Shown: piece after piece, positions 47,573 through 57,215 of the stretch
Layout of the letters: each line of letters opens with the position of its first letter
How positions within the stretch are numbered: position 1 is the first letter of the stretch
Source of the DNA: a virus
IMG/VR virus record: IMGVR_UViG_3300045988_151684
Coordinates: 1 to 64,000 of that record
Length of the DNA: 64,000 nucleotides
Strand: one strand, 5' to 3'
Program-made: the position numbers and the translations under genes
Notes under the pieces: model-generated
The model's database searches: none
Told to the model about the DNA's origin: nothing
Seen by the model: the letters and a program-made list of their open reading frames with translations, nothing else

Positions 47573-47987
47573 CTTCCACTAACTCCCTACAATCAATGAC
47601 TAGCCATATATGACGATTCTCGGCATCATATGGCGGTGATACTATTTGTAATTTTTTTGACCGCCAAAATATTATATCGTCCGTTTTAATATTTTTACGA
47701 TAACGGATTATTATCCTGTAATATATTTCAGCTGATTTACTTGCCACATCATGACCATCCTTTGCAGCATATGGCAAAATTTTAGCCCAACAAGTGTAAC
47801 GCGTTTTCTCTGTACGACTAACGATGTCGCCAATTTCATCACGGCTATAGTCATAATAAAGAACCTTTATTCTCTCTCGTAAATCATCAAAAGAAGTTCC
47901 CTTTATGATACTTCCTTTACTAATCACAATTAATCCTCCGCAAAATTCTGTAACTGCGAAATCATCGAACGTATAAAATATGGCCAT
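47556..47987 (-). CDS. head-tail adaptor
   Basis: homolog of 8265..8585. Confidence 0.5.
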   Translation of the reverse strand: MAIFYTFDDFAVTEFCGGLIVISKGSIIKGTSFDDLRERIKVLYYDYSRDEIGDIVSRTEKTRYTCWAKILPYAAKDGHDVASKSAEIYYRIIIRYRKNIKTDDIIFWRSKKLQIVSPPYDAENRHIWLVIDCRELVEDGQTL

Positions 47988-48226
47988 TCAGTGCGACTAT
48001 CATTATGTGAATCTCTATTAGAATACATTTCCGCTATTAACGCATATAACAACATATTAGCTTCAGGCTCAAATTTATTGTTTTTCATAAGTTGTTCAAA
48101 ATTATCTATTGAATTTTTGCAATAACTTTCAGCAGATACTATACATTGTTGCAAAAACGCATCATCATGAGTAATATCATCATCTATGCGCAAATAATTT
48201 TTTATTCCACTTAAATCAATTGCCAT
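47930..48226 (-). CDS. head-tail connector
   Basis: homolog of 7866..8258. Confidence 0.55.
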   Translation of the reverse strand: MAIDLSGIKNYLRIDDDITHDDAFLQQCIVSAESYCKNSIDNFEQLMKNNKFEPEANMLLYALIAEMYSNRDSHNDSRTEWPYFIRSMISQLQNFAED

Positions 48227-48243
48227 AATTTCAGTTAACCTTC

Positions 48244-49371
48244 TTATGCAGTCGTAACAGCGTATGCCTTCATTGCATTCACATCATCAGCTACTACATC
48301 AAAACGTTCAACACAACGTAAGGCTGTCGCATATTTATCAAAAAGAAAATCTTGTGATACCGCTATTTCTATTCCCTGACGTTCAAAAAATGCTGCATAA
48401 TCTGCCAACGAACCAACATAGAATGGTATTTTTTTGGCGGTAGTAGCTAATGTATTGTTCGGTAATACAACAATTTCCTTTCCTCTAAAACGATATGTAT
48501 CTGGTGCAGCAACATCCGGCAATAATAAAGGGCGATTCTGACCATCTTCCAATTCTGATAACCACTGAAAACCATCCTGATTAGTGATAATTTTTGCATT
48601 AGCATAATAAGCTGGATCAATATCTACATTTAACGCTTTTACCAAATTTTTATAACCTGTTAGCGCAGTTGATGATAATTTAGCCAACAGCTTTAATATT
48701 TCAGCATTTTCCGTATTTACTGCTTTTCTAGCAAACCGTTTACCAATAATATCTACAATACTTACATCTGCATCCGCTAACAGCTGATTTGATACTGGAA
48801 TGATATCACCGTAATCTTTGATTTCATACTTCAATTGACCAAAATCAAAATCAGACTGTGTTATACTATTAAGTTCTTCAAAAGCAGTAAGCAAACCAGA
48901 TTCATCACCAAGTGTTGGCATTTTCCCTGATAAACTATTTGCATTTTGAACATGTGTAAGCTGCTTTATTGCAGTATATGCTTTTCTGTATTCTCGTATA
49001 GTTGCCAATTGCTCCTCAGGCACCAAATAGCCGCCCTTATTCGGTGTCCCAGCAACCTGTCCCGGCGAACCAATTGTATTAGCTATTTCTTTTTCATCGT
49101 CATTAAGCTTATGCCCTAATACCAGCTTATTAAATACTCGATTTTTTAATTTAACATTATTCACATGCCTTCCATTCACAGGAGCAGCATTTTTGGTAAA
49201 ATTGGTCATTGCTGCTGCTTCCATAGCTTTTGCTGTATGGTATTTGTTTACTGTCTCTGTTAATTCCGTGCTTAGTTTTGCTGCATCAGAATACTTTTAA
49301 TTCTGTTGCAGTTGTTCTATTTTTCCAGTCAATTCATCTACAACTTTTTTCAATTCATCAGATTTTTTCAT
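48244..49371 (-). pseudogene. major capsid protein gene interrupted by in-frame TAA (49297..49299) after codon 25
   Basis: reading from ATG 49371: MKKSDELKKVVDELTGKIEQLQQN-stop-KYSDAAKLSTELTETVNKYHTAKAMEAAAMTNF... aligns colinearly with intact prophage 1 MCP, which has DEQ at that point. Confidence 0.55.
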
Positions 49372-50111
49372 TTCAACATTGCTCCTTTCGCAAGTGCCAA
49401 AGCTATTTCAGCTTTGTATTTATCATTATTTTTATCTAACATTGTTTTTTTCAATGCCATTTTTTGTTGTTGCACTATTTCATAAGGGATTTTGGTTTTA
49501 TTCATATAATTCAAGCCTTTGCCTGCACATGCAGCTACTTGTATTGGTTCAGTTTTATTTATATTGAATATTTTAGACGCTTCGTCACCAGTTAACCATG
49601 TTTCTGACTCTACCATAGAATGTATTTTTTCAGCTGTTATTCCATCTAAAGCGCAATTTATATAAATTTTTTCAAGTCCGTCTTGAATTGTGTCAAGGAT
49701 TTCCGCCATTTTTTTCATATCATTAGAATTACCACTACTATATGCGGATGGTTTATGTATCATTAAATATGTGTTGCTTGGCATTTCTCGCTCATCTGCT
49801 GAAAAAAATATTTGTGTTGCTATACTGCAACACCAGCCTTCAACAATTGCCTTGGTATGACCATCATGATTATGTATCATATTCGCAATTGCTACTCCTG
49901 CCGGTACACTGCCACCGTCAGAGTTAATATATATCGTTAAATCTTTTCCTTGTAAATCATCCAGTTGTTTACGAATTTTTTCAGGCCATTGATATCCTGT
50001 GGTATTGCTATACCATTCTTCTATGCAACCACCATTATCATCATCTATTATATTTCCACTAATAACTATTTCCGCACTATCATTAGTTTGATTTTGGATT
50101 CTTATCCCCAT
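49368..50111 (-). CDS. ClpP-like prohead protease
   Basis: IYINSDGGSVPAGVAIANMI...IATQIFF.ADER..PSN.YLMIHKPS. Confidence 0.85.
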   Translation of the reverse strand: MGIRIQNQTNDSAEIVISGNIIDDDNGGCIEEWYSNTTGYQWPEKIRKQLDDLQGKDLTIYINSDGGSVPAGVAIANMIHNHDGHTKAIVEGWCCSIATQIFFSADEREMPSNTYLMIHKPSAYSSGNSNDMKKMAEILDTIQDGLEKIYINCALDGITAEKIHSMVESETWLTGDEASKIFNINKTEPIQVAACAGKGLNYMNKTKIPYEIVQQQKMALKKTMLDKNNDKYKAEIALALAKGAMLK

Positions 50112-51339
50112 TGCTTTTCACCTCGTTGTTTTCATACGCTTTTCCTATATCTTCTAATTTCACATATGAACCATTAACCATATGCACATCACCGCCTATA
50201 CATGGCGGTATATCTAAACGGTCACGAGCTTCATTGACGCTATACACTGATGATTGAACCATTTTTTGCAAAACATCTGCCTGTTGCTGCGGATCACCGC
50301 GTAATATTGTCCAAACATTGAATTTAAATCCTAATCCAGCTAATTGTTCTTTTTTAGTTAATAATTTTCTATTCATTTCCTGCTCATAAATTGTGACATT
50401 ATATAGCAAGGTATTAACATAAAATTGCAAATTTTGCATAGCACTATTGTTATAACTTGATTTTGTATAATCATTTAGATGATCTGGATTTACCCCAAAA
50501 GCAGCTGCTATCTGTAATGCATTGTATTTGCGCAATTCATAAAACTGTGAATCGGTCAATTTTAAATCAATTGGCTGAATATCAAAACCTACGGGTAAGG
50601 TAATCATGCGCCTAGCATCATCCCGGGATTGTTCATCAATCCTTTTTAAAAGTTTTCTTTGTTCAATACTATTTAAATCACCAACATATTTAACCACGGC
50701 ATTAGCCGTTAGCCCATGACTATATAAATTGGTTAAAAATTCTTGGGCAGCCTTATTGCCTGCCATATTTGCGGCCAATATCTCTCGTACTGATTTTCCA
50801 ACATAACAACCATTTTCAGTAATCCACGCTTTGACGTGTAACATATTTTCAGGATCTATCCAAAAATCTTTACCGGAACCACTATCAAAATAACGATAAT
50901 AATACTGCCGTTTTGTATAATCAGCTGTATTATTAACCCAAACTTGAACCTTTTGTGGATCAAGTAAATGCAATCCCTTTAAAATAGAATTTTCCCGCTC
51001 AATATACGCATAACCATTGCCATAATGGTTGCGACAATATTCCAATCTAGAAAAAAATTGTATTGGTGTCATTATTTTATTTGGTGCTATGCTAAAAATT
51101 GAAACAGTTTCATGATGGCTTATTCTATTCTTTTCCTTATCAATTAGATAAACTGGCATTTTTCCCAAATTTTCAGCTAACGTTTTTAAACATGTAAAAT
51201 AAGTTATTTCAGCTAAATCCGGACCACCAATTTTATTTTTTGATGCAAAAAATAATTCATTTATATCATTCAAAGAAATATTAGCTGTCATATTATTTAT
51301 TTTTCTTTTAAGCAACGTCAATATACTAATCTTCCTCAC
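50083..51339 (-). CDS. portal protein
   Basis: homolog of 4750..6006. Confidence 0.9.
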   Translation of the reverse strand: MRKISILTLLKRKINNMTANISLNDINELFFASKNKIGGPDLAEITYFTCLKTLAENLGKMPVYLIDKEKNRISHHETVSIFSIAPNKIMTPIQFFSRLEYCRNHYGNGYAYIERENSILKGLHLLDPQKVQVWVNNTADYTKRQYYYRYFDSGSGKDFWIDPENMLHVKAWITENGCYVGKSVREILAANMAGNKAAQEFLTNLYSHGLTANAVVKYVGDLNSIEQRKLLKRIDEQSRDDARRMITLPVGFDIQPIDLKLTDSQFYELRKYNALQIAAAFGVNPDHLNDYTKSSYNNSAMQNLQFYVNTLLYNVTIYEQEMNRKLLTKKEQLAGLGFKFNVWTILRGDPQQQADVLQKMVQSSVYSVNEARDRLDIPPCIGGDVHMVNGSYVKLEDIGKAYENNEVKSNGDKNPKSN

Positions 51340-53074
51340 CTTCTTTCTCAGTGATTTCCAGCCACTCAGCTAAAGCAGCATGACCATCAACTGTATCACT
51401 TTTTTGTGAAAACCATACTTTCCAAGCATCTATAATGGCATCTACACAATCAATACGATTTGTTTGTGTCATCTTATCAATTTTTATCTCACCAAATGAA
51501 TTAGGTGCTGAAATAATTGCATTTACAGCGCTCCATGTCATTAATGCATTTTGTTTATCATACATTACTTGCCCAGATTTAACAGATAACTGAAAATCTT
51601 TTGTAACATCATTTAATGACCGTGCTGACTGCTTAATCTCAGTTAAATCACAATCCAAAATTTGTTCCAAATCTTCTAAAAAGGCACTGGCATTATGCGC
51701 ATCATAACCACATCCTATTATTTTTAAATGATATTTGTTTATCATATTATTTAATTCTGAAATGATATGCTTATAATCTGTTTTTATGCCATACATGCCA
51801 GATGTAAGCGTCAATAAACCTGCATTTTTCCACATTCCATACGGTGCATCATCTGACTGTATATGTTCAGCCAAACGTAACTCTGGCATATAACTATGTG
51901 AGTATAAATATATCCTTGACTGCTCCAGTGGGAAAAGCAACGCTATACTTGTTAAATCACCGCCACTAGATAAATCTATACCTAAAAAACATTCCTTGCC
52001 TTCCATGTCAGAAATTTTTTTATTAGCGCCGCATCGCTTCCAGCACTCTAAATCCAGTAACGCACCGCCTGTATATGTTACCCAGCGGTTTAACGATTTG
52101 GTTTGAAAATTAACTAATTCATTTCCTTGTTTTTCCTTTGCATCTATTGCCTTTTCAGCCATTCGTGCAACCATTTGCTTATTGATAGTATCATCATCAT
52201 TCCATAGATACAGCGGATTTGCTTTAGCCCAATTTTCTGGCAGCCAAATATCATCATCTTGATCCATTTCAGCAATATATATAAATAGCGATTCTTTTTT
52301 TACATTTCCTGTCAACACTTTTTTGCAATATTGATATTGCTCATAGCATGGACCATTAAGATTAAATCCAGCCGTTGTAATCGCTAGCGTCAAAGCATTA
52401 TCAACCAAAATTTGACCATCATTTACTAACTTGTACATCTGATTGGTTGGATGCGCATGATATTCATCAACAATTGCTAGTATTGTTCTAAAACCATCTG
52501 CGCTTTTAGTGTCTCTGCCAATAGCTTTTATAACTGTTCCAGTTATACGTGATGTAATAACATGATCGTATTTACGGATTGTATATAATTCAGCTAGGTC
52601 TGAATCTGATTCAATAAATTTTTGCACATCTTCCCAAACAATATTAGCCTGGTCCTGTTTAGTAGCTGTACAAAATATCCGCCCATAATTATATCCTCCA
52701 AATGTAGCAAAATCATTGCATAATTCACCAGCTATAAATGATTTACCATTTTGTCGTCCCATTTGGATATAACCCTCACGAAAGCGACGCAATTTACTAC
52801 GTTTTTTTCGCCAGCCAAATAAGCTTCCAATTATAAAATTTTGAAAACCTCTTGTTTTTAACGGTTTCGGACTGCCTTCACCTATTGTCAATGTATTTGC
52901 TATAGCTATATGACGCTCTGCTTGTTTAACATCAAAAATATATTCAAAATTTTTATTTTCCATGTCATTAAGATGACGTTTACAAGCTAAATACTCAGCA
53001 CGACCACATATTTTTTTACCACTTATTATTTTTTTTGCGTATTCAGTAGTTAAGTCTTTCATCACACATAGCAA
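51326..53074 (-). CDS. terL: terminase large subunit
   Basis: 582 aa, high identity to 3011..4753. Confidence 0.9.
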   Translation of the reverse strand: MLCVMKDLTTEYAKKIISGKKICGRAEYLACKRHLNDMENKNFEYIFDVKQAERHIAIANTLTIGEGSPKPLKTRGFQNFIIGSLFGWRKKRSKLRRFREGYIQMGRQNGKSFIAGELCNDFATFGGYNYGRIFCTATKQDQANIVWEDVQKFIESDSDLAELYTIRKYDHVITSRITGTVIKAIGRDTKSADGFRTILAIVDEYHAHPTNQMYKLVNDGQILVDNALTLAITTAGFNLNGPCYEQYQYCKKVLTGNVKKESLFIYIAEMDQDDDIWLPENWAKANPLYLWNDDDTINKQMVARMAEKAIDAKEKQGNELVNFQTKSLNRWVTYTGGALLDLECWKRCGANKKISDMEGKECFLGIDLSSGGDLTSIALLFPLEQSRIYLYSHSYMPELRLAEHIQSDDAPYGMWKNAGLLTLTSGMYGIKTDYKHIISELNNMINKYHLKIIGCGYDAHNASAFLEDLEQILDCDLTEIKQSARSLNDVTKDFQLSVKSGQVMYDKQNALMTWSAVNAIISAPNSFGEIKIDKMTQTNRIDCVDAIIDAWKVWFSQKSDTVDGHAALAEWLEITEKEGEED

Positions 53075-53078
53075 CTAC

Positions 53079-53543
53079 CTATAGGTATTTCAAATACTTA
53101 TTTACCGTTTTTTCTTCTTTAGTTGGAACAATTAATTTCAATCGATCCGTTGTAGCTAATCCTAGTTTCGTACTGCATTTCATTATTTGAGTCGCTGAAT
53201 CATTAGCAATTCGACAATAAGCCGATGGTATTTCTCCAACTTTGCCTTCTGTAGTCAAACCTTTTTCATTAAGTGATTTACTCGCAACGATATACCTGCT
53301 GTAATTATCTGCATAAATTGCCAATATTGATAAATCCAGGTTATCAAGCAAATTAACTTTAGCTGCTTCACGAACTACTCTATTATATTCATAAGCAGCC
53401 TCATCATTAAGCCACTTGGGAGCGCCTGTTTCTAATTGATCACGTCCGACTTTTAATTTGGATTCTTGCAATTCACGATTCATACGGTCTTTTTTACTTA
53501 TTTTACCGGTTGATATACCAATTACTTTTCTTGGTCTTGCCAC
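53079..53543 (-). CDS. terS: terminase small subunit (P27 family)
   Basis: GTG start MARPRKVIG after RBS AGGAGG + 8 nt; homolog of 2548..3027. Confidence 0.7.
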   Translation of the reverse strand: MARPRKVIGISTGKISKKDRMNRELQESKLKVGRDQLETGAPKWLNDEAAYEYNRVVREAAKVNLLDNLDLSILAIYADNYSRYIVASKSLNEKGLTTEGKVGEIPSAYCRIANDSATQIMKCSTKLGLATTDRLKLIVPTKEEKTVNKYLKYL

Positions 53544-53605
53544 ATGATTCACCTCCTACTAATGTATGTTCACTCAATGCGTATTTGCTTGCAGTTATAT
53601 CTATT

Positions 53606-53654
53606 GGCATTTTTGGCATTTTTCCAAAATAAAAGGGGGAGCGCGCTCCAACTA
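53606..53654 (-). promoter_or_regulatory. direct repeat GGCATTTTT x2 (contains AAAAATGCCAAAAA) and palindrome GGGAGCGCGCTCCC followed by T-run upstream of terS
   Basis: seen in sequence; motif shared with prophage 1 position 2514..2526. Confidence 0.4.
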
Positions 53655-53661
53655 GTAAATA

Positions 53662-54081
53662 CTAAAACTTTTTTCGCCTTCCCCTGGCAGTAACAATATC
53701 TATAAGCTTAGCTTGCAATAATTTCTTTTCGTTTCCTTCTTTTTTATAAATATCATGGACCTTTTTATGATTCTTGCGTGATAAAAAAATAAGATTATTT
53801 ATATCAAGTGCTTTGTCCGGTTTTTCTTCCAGTGTATATATGTGATGTACTATATTTCCAGCCTGATATTGTTTTGATTCTGCCATAACCAATTCATCAG
53901 CACCGTGTGCTATTATCTTTATTTTTTCAACTATCTTTCGCCATGCTAAACTATGATAAAATTTATTTTTTTTCTGATCACGTTTCTCATTGTTATACTG
54001 ACGTTGCCGTAAGCTAACGCATGGGCAAGTTACACCTTGTGGTAGTTTACGGCCACATGCGCTACATATGGTCATAAGCAC
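53662..54081 (-). CDS. HNH endonuclease
   Basis: CxxC...CxC, HHI motif; homolog of 2016..2426. Confidence 0.75.
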   Translation of the reverse strand: MLMTICSACGRKLPQGVTCPCVSLRQRQYNNEKRDQKKNKFYHSLAWRKIVEKIKIIAHGADELVMAESKQYQAGNIVHHIYTLEEKPDKALDINNLIFLSRKNHKKVHDIYKKEGNEKKLLQAKLIDIVTARGRRKKF

Positions 54082-54182
54082 ATTATATTCACCTTCCCTC
54101 TATTCATTTTAGATAATAAGCCTAAATAACTATCTCGGCATTAAATATAGTTATCCTTATTGAAAATAATAGCATTGATTGG

Positions 54183-54593
54183 CTAGTTTAAGGTGCTGCC
54201 TTTTAATCGCAAATGCATTTCAATTATTCGATTTATTATTTGCCGCCACCACTCTTTTAATGTTCTTTCAGCAAATAAACAACGAGCATTAATAAAACGT
54301 TTATTTATTTCCTCTGCATATCGTCTTTGAACATATGCTGTCCAAGCGTGCCGCCCACGGCCATTTGTTTTCTTGCCTTCTGCTTCTTGACGTACCATAA
54401 TAAATATTCTTTTTCGTTCACCGTATGTTCGCAAGGTTAAATCTATAGCCTGCAACCACTCATTATCTTTAATATTTTTATCCACTTGGGTTTGGTAAAT
54501 ATCATAATTTAGAATATACTTAGCTGCCATTTTACGATCTTCCCGCATTTGTTTAACAATTTCTTGCGCATTGTCATACTGATATTTTTTCAT
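54183..54593 (-). CDS. ArpU/RinA-like late transcriptional activator
   Basis: start MKKYQYD with RBS AAAGGGGA; homolog of 1350..1856. Confidence 0.45.
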   Translation of the reverse strand: MKKYQYDNAQEIVKQMREDRKMAAKYILNYDIYQTQVDKNIKDNEWLQAIDLTLRTYGERKRIFIMVRQEAEGKKTNGRGRHAWTAYVQRRYAEEINKRFINARCLFAERTLKEWWRQIINRIIEMHLRLKGSTLN

Positions 54594-54657
54594 AATTTCC
54601 CCTTTTATGTAATACGTGTTTATAAAACTCCTTGGCAATAGTCAGTTTTTGAAATCT

Positions 54658-54686
54658 CCTTGACAATATAGGATAAAACATATATT
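54658..54686 (+). promoter_or_regulatory. promoter TTGACA-17-TATTAT with direct repeats (TATAGGATA x2; TCCTTG.CAATA x2)
   Basis: seen upstream of HigB-like gene. Confidence 0.45.
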
Positions 54687-54725
54687 ATATCTATAGGATA
54701 TATCACATATTATCAAGGAGTAACA

Positions 54726-55082
54726 ATGTCAGATTTTGAAGTCAGTTTCTATACTTGCCACGATGGCGGCAAGCCTGCTAAAGATTTTATCCTTGGTCTG
54801 GATAAGAAGATGCGTACCAAAATGTTACGCACCATCGAAATTCTTGAAGATAAGGGCAATCTGCTCCGTGAGTCATATTCTAAGCATTTAGACGATGGTA
54901 TCTTTGAACTTCGTGCCAAAGTCGGCAGCGATATTTCACGGGTGCTATATTTCTTCGTGGTAAACCACGAAATTATACTCTCCCACGGCTTCATCAAGAA
55001 AACTCAAAAGACACCACCTGCCGAAATCGAACGTGCAAAAAAGAACCGTAAGGACTATTTGGAAAGGATGACTGACAAATGA
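54726..55082 (+). CDS. RelE/HigB-like (Gp49/DUF891-type) toxin
   Basis: ...ELRAKVGSDISRVLYFFVVNHEIILSHGFIKKTQKTPPAEIERAKK pattern; followed by HTH gene with ATGA overlap. Confidence 0.65.
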   Translation: MSDFEVSFYTCHDGGKPAKDFILGLDKKMRTKMLRTIEILEDKGNLLRESYSKHLDDGIFELRAKVGSDISRVLYFFVVNHEIILSHGFIKKTQKTPPAEIERAKKNRKDYLERMTDK

Positions 55083-55357
55083 GCGAATTTAGGGATTTTC
55101 TCAATAAACAACTGCAAGATCCAGAAATTAAGGCCGAATATGATGCTTTAGAACCGGAATTTGCCATTATTCGCGCCATGATTGATGCACGGGAACGGCA
55201 GGGCATAACTCAAAAGGAATTAGCCGCCCGCACCGGCATTGCGCAGGCCGATATAAGCAAACTGGAAAACGGCAACGCCAATCCATCCATCAAGACTCTT
55301 AAACGCCTGGCATCCGGCCTTGGTTGTCGCCTAAAAATTGAATTTGCAGCCCTATGA
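55079..55357 (+). CDS. XRE-family HTH antitoxin (HigA-like)
   Basis: GITQKELAARTGIAQADISKLENG HTH; coupled to upstream toxin. Confidence 0.65.
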   Translation: MSEFRDFLNKQLQDPEIKAEYDALEPEFAIIRAMIDARERQGITQKELAARTGIAQADISKLENGNANPSIKTLKRLASGLGCRLKIEFAAL

Positions 55358-55384
55358 GGAAAGGCCTTTGCAGAATTTGATATG

Positions 55385-55440
55385 ATACCTCTAAAGTAGA
55401 TAAGGTAAATAACTAAAATCTACTTTGGAGGTATTTTTAT
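55385..55440 (+). terminator. long hairpin (16-bp stem, 1 mismatch) followed by TTTTTAT; coincides with GC-composition junction
   Basis: ATACCTCTAAAGTAGA ... TCTACTTTGGAGGTAT. Confidence 0.5.
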
Positions 55441-55588
55441 GGGTAGAAAAACCAAATGTACGTTTGAAGAAAAAGTTTCTGCTGATAAAAATTTGCACTA
55501 GAAAAGGCCACCCGCATTTTTGCGAGTGGCCATCAGGTACACTTCTATGCCCTGATAATATCATGTTCGGTATTCGGTTGTCAAATTT

Positions 55589-55786
55589 TTATTTTGTTGT
55601 CATCATACGCTCGGCGCGAGCGCGGTCTTTTTTGACGATTTCAGCGTATTTCTTGATAAGTTCCCATTCGTCATCATGCGCCCGTACCTGCCGTTGTTTG
55701 CGCTGATTGCTTTCGGCCTTGGTTGTTCCCTTTGGCCTGCCAGCCCCGGCGCGTTTGCCGCCCCAACCGTTGTTAGTATCTGCCAT
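55589..55786 (-). CDS. conserved GWGGKR-motif small phage protein
   Basis: paralog of 1020..1211. Confidence 0.5.
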   Translation of the reverse strand: MADTNNGWGGKRAGAGRPKGTTKAESNQRKQRQVRAHDDEWELIKKYAEIVKKDRARAERMMTTK

Positions 55787-55905
55787 GCCCCATCACCTTC
55801 TTCAGAACAAAAAGCGATACCGCCAGAGCTGCTAGTGACACTGCCAAAGTTACACTTGTCAATATTTCCATTTTCGTGATATGAAAACTATGCTATAATT
55901 ATCTT

Positions 55906-55960
55906 AACCCTCCAATGGAGGGGGAGGCTTTCGCCTCCCATCGCTTTTACTTGCGATGTT
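55906..55960 (+). ncRNA. candidate antisense RNA with three stable hairpins (CCCTCC-aatg-GAGGG; GGAGGC-tttc-GCCTCC; CATCGC..GCGATG)
   Basis: extended -10 TGcTATAAT at 55892..55899 directs transcription antisense to the small peptide gene. Confidence 0.25.
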
Positions 55961-56057
55961 CTTCTTTATAAGCCTTGTACATCAGTAATGCCGTTACCAG
56001 TTGGATTACTGCTGTTACAAGGCTTATTGTGTTTGCTATAATTTGCATTGTTTCCAT
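55947..56057 (-). CDS. 36-aa Fst/Ldr-like hydrophobic peptide (candidate type I toxin) METMQIIANTISLVTAVIQLVTALLMYKAYKEEHRK
   Basis: strong RBS AAGGAGGTGAGGAT; single TM then charged tail; convergent antisense promoter and hairpins overlap its 3' end. Confidence 0.4.
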   Translation of the reverse strand: METMQIIANTISLVTAVIQLVTALLMYKAYKEEHRK

Positions 56058-56209
56058 ATCCTCACCTCCTTTCTATGATTTTATTATATATCATCTTGAT
56101 TATTTTGTCAATCATAAAATCAAAAAATTTATGGGAACATCATTTTTAGCTCCCGCTAGTACCTATAACCCCCGGGGGCTATATTTGTGCCCAAGTTGGG
56201 CACAATCTC

Positions 56210-56515
56210 TCAGACATCCCAGCCCATTGCCTTCCTGTTGAGCCTATAGACTTCGTCTGCGCTCATCCCCTCACGCTCTGCAACGATTGCAAGCAATTCA
56301 TCACGTTGAATGTTACCTGAATGAGCACCAATATGGCAGCACGTACACAGCTGAACCAAGTTGTATGATACATCGCCACCGCCGCTGCCAACCGTGAAAA
56401 TGTGATGTGGTTCAATTCCTGCGTAACGCCCGCAACGTTCGCAGAAGTTCTTGCGTGCAGCTTTGATGGCTTTGCGGTCCTTTATTCTCTTGTGTTTACT
56501 GAGTCCCAACAACAT
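56210..56515 (-). CDS. small HNH endonuclease
   Basis: start MLLGLSK with RBS AAAGGAGG; CERCG...HHI...CxxCH motifs. Confidence 0.6.
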   Translation of the reverse strand: MLLGLSKHKRIKDRKAIKAARKNFCERCGRYAGIEPHHIFTVGSGGGDVSYNLVQLCTCCHIGAHSGNIQRDELLAIVAEREGMSADEVYRLNRKAMGWDV

Positions 56516-56521
56516 ATTTCC

Positions 56522-56558
56522 TCCTTTGCATACAAAAAGACCGTTGGGGTACTCCCGC
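56522..56558. terminator. bidirectional terminator
   Basis: AGACCGTTG...CAACGGTCT 9-bp stem with T-runs. Confidence 0.6.
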
Positions 56559-56672
56559 AACGGTCTGCTTTCTTTTGGGCACTAAAATAGCCGCCCGTTA
56601 TACGCGGACGGCTTTGCTCTGCAATAGTTAGTGCTTTACACGCTCTATTATACCTTCCTCTCATTCTGACTG

Positions 56673-57149
56673 TCAACCGTCGCACAATCTTCGATAAAGT
56701 TCTTTTGTCGTGGGTTTGGATAAGTCCGTCTTGTGCCGGGGCTTTCCGCTTCTTGAGCCGCCGCCTTTCGTAGGCCGTCCGCCAATTATAGCCGCATATA
56801 TGTCTTGCGAATGATTGAACACCGGGAAATCCTCGGTGGTCTCCATAACTGCGCGGATATCGTTGCGGGTTTCCGCGTGTGTTTTTTTGCCGTACCAGAC
56901 TTCAGTGGCACATTGCGGACATTTGCAATAGGTATCGTCTATTGCTATCATCGGGACACGGCATCGCTGGCAATACCATACACCGTGTTTCTTGATCGCA
57001 AGTTCCGCGCCTTGCTTATTTTGTTTGTAGCTTGCTTCGCCGCTTGGCCATGCTTCGGCTCCGCACTCCGGGCATTTATCAAACATTCCCGCTTGTGGCT
57101 CCATTAGCACCCTGCATTCCTGACAAAACCACGTCTTGTCGTTTTCCAT
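56673..57149 (-). CDS. hypothetical double zinc-ribbon protein
   Basis: two CxxC-x10-20-CxxC units (CQECR...CPEC; CQRCR...CPQC). Confidence 0.45.
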   Translation of the reverse strand: MENDKTWFCQECRVLMEPQAGMFDKCPECGAEAWPSGEASYKQNKQGAELAIKKHGVWYCQRCRVPMIAIDDTYCKCPQCATEVWYGKKTHAETRNDIRAVMETTEDFPVFNHSQDIYAAIIGGRPTKGGGSRSGKPRHKTDLSKPTTKELYRRLCDG

Positions 57150-57215
57150 TAGTTCGAGCCTCCTCCGCGGTTCTTCTTTTTCCTCTGCTTGTGTTTCTTT
57201 CGATTCTTTGGCTGC

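Noticed and set aside
55975-56241. 88-aa plus-strand ORF starting with TTG
   Set aside because: No RBS. It overlaps the better-supported minus-strand Fst-like peptide and the HNH gene, and more likely represents the antisense RNA region.
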